Assembly: GCF_000981225.1 (NCBI RefSeq)
Contig: NZ_LAJC01000012.1
Location: 1-24,000 of the forward strand
Direction of reading: 5' to 3'
Length of the DNA stretch: 24,000 nucleotides
Source: Allosalinactinospora lopnorensis
Lineage (GTDB): Bacteria > Actinomycetota > Actinomycetes > Streptosporangiales > Streptosporangiaceae
Below the pieces are notes generated by a model. It was not told where the DNA came from and made no database searches. It saw nothing but the letters and a program-made list of their open reading frames with translations. Shown here one piece after another: positions 7,816 to 14,594 of the stretch (position 1 is the stretch's first letter; each line of letters begins with the position of its first letter). Made by a program: the position numbers and the translations under genes.

Positions 7816-7838
7816 CGCTCTCCCGTCCGGGAAGAGCG
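7816..7838 (-). terminator. Candidate stem-loop in the pat-DUF5998 spacer
   Basis: CGCTCTCCCG-TC-CGGGaAGAGCG: a 10-bp stem with one bulge and no U-tract (common in high-GC actinobacteria). It lies 300 nt downstream of the pat stop. Confidence 0.25.
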
Positions 7839-7956
7839 GGCCTCCAGCGGGCGGCCGGTGCGCGCCAGTGCCTGTGTGGTCTCCCGTCCCGCATGATGCC
7901 AGGGGCTGTGCACTCCGAGCCGGATAACGGCACATGTTCTGGGTAAGGGGCCCACC

Positions 7957-8124
7957 ATGAATGCGACCGTGCCACCCGTACCGACACCGCCGCCCCCAGG
8001 GCCGCCAATGCCGGAACCCGGCCCGGTTCCGCCCGAACCCGCCCCTGTTCCTCCGGAGCCGGTCCCGCCCGACCCCGGTCCGGAGCCCGAACCGGAGCCG
8101 GAACCGGAGCCGGAACCGGCCTGA
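7957..8124 (+). CDS. Possible 55-aa Pro/Glu-rich mini-protein (MNATVPPVPTPPPPGPPMPEPGPVPPEPAPVPPEPVPPDPGPEPEPEPEPEPEPA); weakly supported
   Basis: ATG preceded by GGTAAGGGG at ~7 nt. The frame is open to TGA 8122-8124. However, GC3 is only moderate, GAA is used about as often as GAG, and the opposite-strand frames are also open. It is below the ORF-track length cut-off. Confidence 0.2.
   Translation: MNATVPPVPTPPPPGPPMPEPGPVPPEPAPVPPEPVPPDPGPEPEPEPEPEPEPA
8080..8121 (+). repeat. Hexamer tandem repeat (CCGGAR-like) x7
   Basis: ccggag cccgaa ccggag ccggaa ccggag ccggaa ccggcc. It encodes the (PE)n tail of the mini-ORF, or (GS)n on the other strand. Confidence 0.85.
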
Positions 8125-8137
8125 AGGCCGCCGAAGG

Positions 8138-10908
8138 TTAGAAGGTCACCCCCCGAAGGCGGCGCGGCCCCGAGTCGGGGCGCAGTTCAGGGGCTTCGCG
8201 CAGCCAGACCCGCGCCCCCAGGACGTGAGCTCCTTCCGCGTTCACCATGACCGGGTCGAGGTCCACGTGGGCCACCTCCGGGAAGGCGTCGGCCAGGCGG
8301 GAAATACGGACCAGCACGTCCTGCAGCGCCTCCACGTCGGGCTGGTCCGCCAGGGAGGTAGCCCCCGGGGGCACCCCGAACAGCAGCGGGGACGAGCGCA
8401 CCGCGTGCACCAGGTCGGCCGCGTCGGCGTCGGTAAGCGGGGCCAGCCGGAACGCCCGGTCGTCGAGGAGTTCGGCCGTGACGTCGGCCAGCCCGAAGGC
8501 GATCACCGATCCGAACGAAGGGTTCTCGCCCGCGCGGATCACCGTCGGGACCCCCGGGGTCGCCATCCGCTGGACCACCAGCATGGCGTCGTCGCCGAGC
8601 CTGTCGTGGAGCCCGGTGAACGCGCTGCGGACATCGGCGGACGTCCGCAGATCGGACCGGATACCGCTACCGCCGGACCGTAGCCGCAAGTCAGGAGCGT
8701 TGGCCTTGACCACTACCGGGTAGCCGAGCTCCTCGGCCGCGGCGACCGCGGCTTCGGCGGAGGAGACGGGGATGTGCCGCCACACCTCGATCCCGAAGCA
8801 TCCGAGCAGTTCGCGGGCCGCATCCTGCTCCACCGCTGTCTCTTCGGAGTGCACGGGCTCACTGGTGAACCAGACCGGGTGCGCTTCGGCTCTGCTGCTC
8901 TCCTTCTTGAGGAGGGTCTCGTCGATGATCGCCCGCGACCGCTTCCCGTCGACGTCGGCGAGCTCCGGATGCCGCCCCGGATCGCGTTCGCGCCAGATGG
9001 CGTAGTGCGTAGCGTGCGCGAGCGCGCGCACGGCGTCCTCCGGAGCCGGGTACGACGGCACCGACCCGCGGAGTGTCTCCCCGCTCTGCCCGATCTGCCG
9101 GAGCTCTTCGGGCAGGCCTTGGTGGCCGAGGTAGGTGGTGATGATCGGCTTCTGCGACACCGCGGCCTTGTTCCGCACGACCTCGGCGACGTCGTCGGAG
9201 ATCGGGGTCAGCGCCGGGATGAACACCACGACCACGGAGTGCACCTGGTCATCTGCGAGGGCGGTGGCCAGCGCCGCGTCGAAGTCGGCGGCGGTGGCGT
9301 TGGGCCCGAGGTCCACCGGGTCGTGGGGCTTGAGTCCGGAACGGACGCAGGCGTCCTTGACGAGCAGCCCGAGGGAGTCGGAGTTGCCGAGGATACCGAC
9401 GCGCGGTCCGGCGGGCAGCGGCTGGTAGGCGAAGAGCTGGGCGACGTCGAACATCTGGGTGATGTCCTCCACCCGGACTACGCCGGCCTGCTGGAACAGC
9501 GACGTCAGCGCGTAGTCGGGCAGGGTGAGCGCCCCGGCGGCGTGACCGGTGGGAACGCCGTGCGAGGAGCCGCCGCTGCGCACGGCGACGACAGGCTTGT
9601 GCTGTGCCAGGCGCCGGGCCAGCCGGGTGAACTTGCGGGGGTTGCCCAGGGACTCCAGGTACTGCAGGACGACCTCGGTCGCCGGGTCCTCCTGCCAGTA
9701 CTGCACCAGGTCGTTGCCGGAGACGTCGGCGCGGTTGCCGGCCGAGACGAACGTGGACAGCCCCATCCCTCGTTCGGCGACCCGTTGCAGGATGGCCCGG
9801 CCGAGCGCACCGGACTGGGAGAAGAAGCCGATGGGCCCCCGCGGGGGGACGTAGGGCGACAACGTGGCGTTGAGCGAGACCGCGGGATCGGTGTTGGCGA
9901 TCCCCAGGCAGTTGGGCCCCACGACACGCAGGCCGGCTGCGCGGGCGGTGCGTACCAGTTCGTCCTGGCGGTCGCGCCCCTCCTTCCCGGTCTCGCCGAA
10001 TCCGGAGCTGACGACCACCAGCCCGTGCACGCCCTTCTGCGCGCACTCCTCGACCACGCCGACGACCATGTCCGCACGCACCGCCACGACCGCGAGGTCG
10101 ACCTGGTCGGGGATGTCCAGCACACTCGGGTAGGCACGGACCCCCGCCACGGCCTTCGCCTCGGGGTGTACCGGGAACACCGGCCCCTGGAAGTCGCCGG
10201 CCAGCAGGTTGCGCAACGCGGTCTGGCCGATGGTGTGCGCGGTGCGGCTCGCGCCGATGACCGCGACCGACTCGGGGAACAGCAGCCGGGCGATGGAACG
10301 GGACTCCGCCCGCTGCTCCCGTGCGCGCATGACCTCCTGAGCGGTGTCGGTAGGTTCCAGGTCCAGGGTGAGCCGGATGACGCCCTCGTCGAAGGTCTGC
10401 TGGGCGGTGTACCCGGCCTCGCGGAAGACGTTGATCATCCGCCGGTTCTCCGGCAGGACGTCGGCGATGAACCGGCGCACGCCACGCTCCCGGGCGGCCG
10501 CGCCGATGTGCTCCAGCAGGACGGAGGCCAGCCCCCGCCCCTGGTGGGCGTCTTCCACCACAAAGGCGACCTCGGCCTCGGCCTCGTCCACTTTGTCGTA
10601 GCGGACCACCGCGACCATGACGCCGGAGATGGTCGCGATGAGTGCGACCCGGTCCTCGTAGTCCACGTTCGTGAACCGCTCGACGTCGCGCCGGGAGAGC
10701 TTGGGGTAGGGGGCGAAGAAACGGTAGTAGATCGTTTCCGGCGACAGCGGGAGTGGAACTCCTGCAGCAGGTCGCCGTCATCGGGGACGATCGGGCGGAT
10801 ATGCGCGGTCCCGCCATCGGTGAGGACTACGTCTGCTTCCCAGTGGTTCGGGTAAGACTGCACGGTTTGAGGGTAATCGACGCCCCCCCCGACCGTGGCG
10901 AACCCCAC
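8138..10908 (-). pseudogene. Bifunctional GNAT N-acetyltransferase / NDP-forming acyl-CoA synthetase-family protein (Pat-type protein lysine acetyltransferase, GNAT-first order) with an apparent 1-nt frameshift near 10741-10750
   Basis: The main ORF (8138-10666) has GNAT motif A 'VVEDAHQGRGLASVLL', a CoA-binding domain 'VAVIGAS..', 'VVGPNCLGI' and an ATP-grasp tail. The GNAT N-terminus 'YPNHWEADVVLTDGGTAHIRPIVPDDGDLLQEFHSR' is in another frame (ORF 10435-11127). Adding one base after 'HSR' yields 'LSPETIYYRFFAPYPKLSRRDVERFTNVDYEDRVALIA', which joins the two seamlessly. Start is GTG 10908 or GTG 10863. Confidence 0.85.
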
Positions 10909-11095
10909 CTTTTCCGGACACGCGGTCGGATCCCTCGCACCCTTAGCGAAGTACCGCGATCTCCTTGATACGTCTCGGTCTGCGACTTCGTTACCCAAGG
11001 CCAACCCGGAACCTGTTAACGTCTCTGAACACAGTTCTCTTGGGGCATGATCGCGCGCGGGACGCCGGTGACGCGGAGCGGCAAGGTGGTGACGT

Positions 11096-12001
11096 ATGGC
11101 ACGAGTGGTCGTGATCGGCGATCTCATGACCGACGCTGTGGCGAGGGCCTTCTATGCGCTGGCCCGAGGTAGCGATACTCCAGCTTCGGTGACCACGTAC
11201 GGAGGTGGATCCGGGGCCAATGTCGCGGCCTGGCTCGCCATGGAGGGGACCGACACCACGTTCGTGGGCCGTCGCGGGTCCGACATCACGGGGCGCACCC
11301 GCGAGATGGAACTGATGGGCTACGGCATCGACTCCCGCGTGGTCATGGACCCTGAGCGTCCCACCGGGACCTGCGTAGTCATGATCACCCACCGGGGCGA
11401 CCGCACCATGCTCAGCGACCCCGGCGCCAACGCCCGGCTGCAGCCCGAGGACCTGCCGCGCGACGTGTTCGGCCCCGACGGCCACATGCACGTCTCCGGC
11501 TTCACGCTGATCAACGAGGACTCCCGGCACGCCGCTCGGATCGCCTTGCGCTTCGCCCGCGAATCCGGCATGTCCATTTCGGTCGACGGCGGATCGCACG
11601 CCCCGCTGGAGCGCGCGGGCGCGGAGAACTTCCTGGACTGGACCACCGGCGCCCGGCTGCTGTTCGCCAACAGCGAGCAGGCCAAGGTGCTGACCGGCCG
11701 CGAGGAGCCCGAGGCCGCGGCCAGGGTGCTCACGGCGTGGTTCCCGAACGTGGTCATCAAGCTCGGCGACGAAGGGGCGCTGTGGAGCTCCAAGACCCGC
11801 GACGACATCGTCACCGTTCCCGCCGAGCCGGTTGAGCCCTCCCCCGGCTCGATCGGTGCGGGCGACGCGTTCATCGCCGGGTTCCTGCCGTCGTGGCTGG
11901 CCGGCAAGCACCCCAAGGACTCCCTGACCCAGGCCCAGCGTCTCGCCGCTCGCGCCCTGCACCAGCCCGGTGCCCGGCCCGACCTCGGCGACGGCTACTG
12001 A
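11096..12001 (+). CDS. PfkB-family carbohydrate/ribokinase-like kinase
   Basis: 301 aa. It has the N-terminal 'VVVIGDLMTD', 'GGSGANVAAWLA' and the C-terminal PfkB signature 'GAGDAFIAGF'. Confidence 0.9.
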   Translation: MARVVVIGDLMTDAVARAFYALARGSDTPASVTTYGGGSGANVAAWLAMEGTDTTFVGRRGSDITGRTREMELMGYGIDSRVVMDPERPTGTCVVMITHRGDRTMLSDPGANARLQPEDLPRDVFGPDGHMHVSGFTLINEDSRHAARIALRFARESGMSISVDGGSHAPLERAGAENFLDWTTGARLLFANSEQAKVLTGREEPEAAARVLTAWFPNVVIKLGDEGALWSSKTRDDIVTVPAEPVEPSPGSIGAGDAFIAGFLPSWLAGKHPKDSLTQAQRLAARALHQPGARPDLGDGY

Positions 12002-12178
12002 GACCGCGCGGCGGCGGACCCGAACGGGACACAGCGCGCAGGCCGCGGGTCCTCCCCTGTCCTTCCGCCTCCTCTCCCCGGCGTCTCCTTCCGGTGCCCG
12101 GCTCCGAATCAGGAACAAGGTGGCGCCGCAGCGGGCGTCGCCCCTGATGCATCGGGCATATCGGGAGCGAGGAACAGC

Positions 12179-12766
12179 GTGAGTGAGAACAGCGGCAGCG
12201 AGTCCGGTCGCCCCCGGTGGACGCGCCATCCCGCCACCTGGATCGGCGCGGTAACCCTGGTCGTGGTGCTGGCGATCGGGCTGTGGGCCTTTCAGCCGTG
12301 GCGCGTCTTCACCAGCAGCACGGTGAACGAGGAGCTACCCATGGCGGGCCAGGGGGCGGGCGAGGACACCGGAGCCGCTCCCGAAGACGAGGAGAGCGCC
12401 CCATCGGAGGAGCCCGATCCCGAGCCCGCGGTCCTGGCCGAGGGCGAGTTCGTCTCCCAGGAACACGAGACCTCCGGCACCGTCCGCGTGCTGGAACTCG
12501 CCGACGGCAGCCGCCACGTGCGGGTCGAGGATCTCGAGTCCAGCGACGGGCCGGACCTCTACGTCTGGCTGACCGACCAGGAGGCCGGCGGCGACTGGTT
12601 CAAGTACCGCGACGGCCGTTATGTCGACCTGGGGTCCCTCAAGGGCACGCACGGCGACGCCAACTACGAGATACCCGCAGACGCCGACATCGAGGGCATG
12701 ACCAGCGTGGTCATCTGGTGCGACCGCTTCTCCGTGGCGTTCGGTTCCGCACCCGTGGAGCTGTGA
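12179..12766 (+). CDS. DM13-domain protein with an N-terminal membrane anchor
   Basis: GTG start. It has a TM helix 'WIGAVTLVVVLAIGLWAF', an acidic linker, then 'GEFVSQEHETSGTVRVLEL..G...VRVEDLESSDGPDLYVWL', typical of DM13. Confidence 0.75.
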   Translation: MSENSGSESGRPRWTRHPATWIGAVTLVVVLAIGLWAFQPWRVFTSSTVNEELPMAGQGAGEDTGAAPEDEESAPSEEPDPEPAVLAEGEFVSQEHETSGTVRVLELADGSRHVRVEDLESSDGPDLYVWLTDQEAGGDWFKYRDGRYVDLGSLKGTHGDANYEIPADADIEGMTSVVIWCDRFSVAFGSAPVEL

Positions 12767-12827
12767 CGGCTGCCGGCCCCGGGCGATTCGGACGGGACGA
12801 GGACGCCACGGGGTCCGGCGATCGGTC

Positions 12828-12856
12828 CTGCCGCCCCGCAGCGCTCGGGGCAGCGG
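12828..12856 (+). terminator. Candidate stem-loop downstream of the DM13 gene
   Basis: Core GCCCCG-CAGCGCT-CGGGGC, extendable with one mismatch. It lies 62 nt after the stop codon and has no U-tract. Confidence 0.25.
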
Positions 12857-13091
12857 CCCGCCCCGAGCGGAACCGGGCGGGATCACGCGCCGCCGCATGG
12901 AAGAGTCCGCCGGCGGGCCGGCCCGCCACCTGGCGCTGTTCGGGCCACACGGCCCGGTGGCCGCCGCCGCGTTGAACCGGCCGGCGCCGTCCAACGTCGA
13001 CACCAAAAGGATCTACTGTGCGTAGGAAAGCGCACCGCTGCGCCTCCGGAACCGCCGGGGGCCGGCGCCCACTCGTCCCAGGAGCAGCATC

Positions 13092-14531
13092 ATGAGCATT
13101 TCGGCGGACATCGGTGTCACCGGCCTGGCCGTCATGGGCCGCAACCTGGCCCGCAATTTCGCGCGGCACGGCTACCGGGTCGCCGTGCACAACCGCACCC
13201 CGGCGCGGACCACGGCGCTGGTCGATGAGTTCGGCCACGAGGGTACGCTCGTCGCCGCCGAGACCACGAAGGACATGGTCGCGTCGCTGGCGCGCCCGCG
13301 GCGACTGGTGATCATGGTCAAGGCGGGCGAACCCACCGACGCGGTCATCGCCGAGTTCGCGCCGCTCATGGAGGAGGGCGACCTCATCATCGACGGCGGC
13401 AACGCGCACTTCGCCGACACCCGGCGACGCGAGCGGGAGCTGCGCAAACAGGGGATCCACTTCGTCGGCGTCGGCATCTCCGGCGGTGAGGAGGGCGCCC
13501 TGCACGGGCCGAGCATCATGCCCGGCGGATCGGCCGAATCCTACACCGCGCTCGGCCCGATGCTGGAGAGCGTCGCCGCCAAGGCCTCCGACGGCACGCC
13601 CTGCACGACCCACGTCGGCGCCGACGGCGCGGGCCACTTCGTGAAGATGGTGCACAACGGCATCGAGTACGCCGACATGCAACTCATCGCCGAGGCGTAC
13701 CACCTGCTGCGCGAGGTCGCCGGGTACTCCCCCGCGCAGATCGCCGACATCTTCCGCACCTGGAACGAGGGACGGCTGGACTCCTACCTGATGGAAGTCT
13801 CGGCCGAAGTGCTGGCCCACACCGACCCCGCCACCGGTGCCCCGTTCGTCGACGTCGTCACCGACCAGGCCGAACAGAAGGGCACCGGCCGCTGGACCGT
13901 GCAGACCGCGATGGACCTCGGGGTTCCGGTCTCCGGCATCGCCGAGGCGGTGTTCGCCCGATCCCTGTCCGGCCACGCCGGGCTGCGCGCCGCTGCCGCG
14001 GACCTGAGCGGCCCGAGCCCGAAGCCGCTGACCAGCGGCGCCGAGCAGTTCGCCGCCCAGGTCGAGCAGGCTCTCTACGCCTCGAAGGTCGTCTCCTACG
14101 CGCAGGGCTGGAACATGATCCAGGCCGGCAGCGCCGAGTACGGCTGGGACATCGGCCTTGGGGATGTCGCGGCGATCTGGCGTGCGGGCTGCATCATCCG
14201 CGCCGTGTTCCTGGACCGCATCCGCGACGCCTACACCGCCGACCCGACCCTGCCCACCCTGCTGGTCGACGACGGGTTCGCCGCCTCGATCGGCCAGGCG
14301 CAGGACGACTGGCGCGACGTGGTGGCCACCGCGACCCGGCGGGGGGTTCCCACACCCGGATTCGCGGCAGCGCTGTCGTACTACGATGCCCTGCGCGCGG
14401 GCCGGCTCCCGGCTGCGCTCACCCAGGCCCAGCGCGACTTCTTCGGCGCCCACACCTACCGCCGCGTCGACCGCGAGGGCGTGTTCCACACTCTCTGGGG
14501 CGGGGACCGCACCGAGGTCACCGCCGGCTGA
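13092..14531 (+). CDS. gnd: NADP-dependent, decarboxylating 6-phosphogluconate dehydrogenase
   Basis: 479 aa. It has 'IGVTGLAVMGRNLARNFARHG', 'GGNAHFADTRRR', 'FVGVGISGGEEGALHGPSIMPGG', 'HFVKMVHNGIEYADMQLIAEAY' and 'QRDFFGAHTY'. AGGAGC RBS. Confidence 0.97.
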   Translation: MSISADIGVTGLAVMGRNLARNFARHGYRVAVHNRTPARTTALVDEFGHEGTLVAAETTKDMVASLARPRRLVIMVKAGEPTDAVIAEFAPLMEEGDLIIDGGNAHFADTRRRERELRKQGIHFVGVGISGGEEGALHGPSIMPGGSAESYTALGPMLESVAAKASDGTPCTTHVGADGAGHFVKMVHNGIEYADMQLIAEAYHLLREVAGYSPAQIADIFRTWNEGRLDSYLMEVSAEVLAHTDPATGAPFVDVVTDQAEQKGTGRWTVQTAMDLGVPVSGIAEAVFARSLSGHAGLRAAAADLSGPSPKPLTSGAEQFAAQVEQALYASKVVSYAQGWNMIQAGSAEYGWDIGLGDVAAIWRAGCIIRAVFLDRIRDAYTADPTLPTLLVDDGFAASIGQAQDDWRDVVATATRRGVPTPGFAAALSYYDALRAGRLPAALTQAQRDFFGAHTYRRVDREGVFHTLWGGDRTEVTAG

Positions 14532-14594
14532 TCTTCCCGCCCGCCTCGCCGCCGGTCGTGCGGAAACCGGGCCCTGACCGGGGAAACGGCGCCG

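Noticed and set aside
8080-8121. Short tandem repeat considered as a possible CRISPR or other array.
   Set aside because: The units are 6 nt and contiguous with no spacers. This is a microsatellite-like coding or GC repeat, not a CRISPR array. No CRISPR-like repeat-spacer structure was seen anywhere in the window.
7745-8140. The pat reading frame stays open after its TAA stop all the way into the DUF5998 frame, so a single-stop read-through would fuse the two.
   Set aside because: The intervening translation (PSAAFRPVPAPV...RHWRAPAARWRP...) looks non-coding. Same-frame continuity has a 1-in-3 chance, and long stop-free stretches are expected at this GC content. The tracked 285-aa form of DUF5998 is rejected for the same reason.
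7961-8683. 240-aa plus-strand ORF starting in the spacer (MRPCHPYRHRRPQGR...).
   Set aside because: It is extremely Arg/Pro-rich and mostly antisense to the 3' end of pat. It is in a different frame from the Pro/Glu mini-ORF and is not credible as a protein.
8774-10855. 693-aa plus-strand ORF, and a 522-aa minus-strand off-frame ORF (9249-10817), overlapping the acetyltransferase gene.
   Set aside because: Both have Arg/Gly/Pro/His-rich low-information sequence and no recognisable motifs. The third frame carries the clear GNAT/CoA-ligase protein.
12051-12093. Pyrimidine-rich tract (tcctcccctgtccttccgcctcctctcccc..tctccttcc) between pfkB and the DM13 gene; considered as an H-DNA/triplex element or a 6C-like RNA.
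   Set aside because: It has no mirror symmetry and no paired C-rich hairpin loops of the kind 6C RNA requires. It is most likely just 3'-UTR/spacer composition.
12711-14489. 592-aa minus-strand ORF opposite gnd. Similar shadow ORFs: 14691-16025 (+) and 15649-16626 (-) over the helicase, 16611-17792 (+) over the SIS gene, 4588-5988 (+) and 5432-6487 (-), 6045-6914 (+), 20902-22371 (+), 21258-22694 (+).
   Set aside because: All are antisense or off-frame to genes with strong family signatures, and all show the R/G/P/A bias of non-coding frames in high-GC DNA.
14532-14594. Convergent gnd / helicase spacer examined for a bidirectional terminator.
   Set aside because: Only weak stems are present (CCGGTC...GACCGG with an 18-nt loop). 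This is not convincing enough to call.
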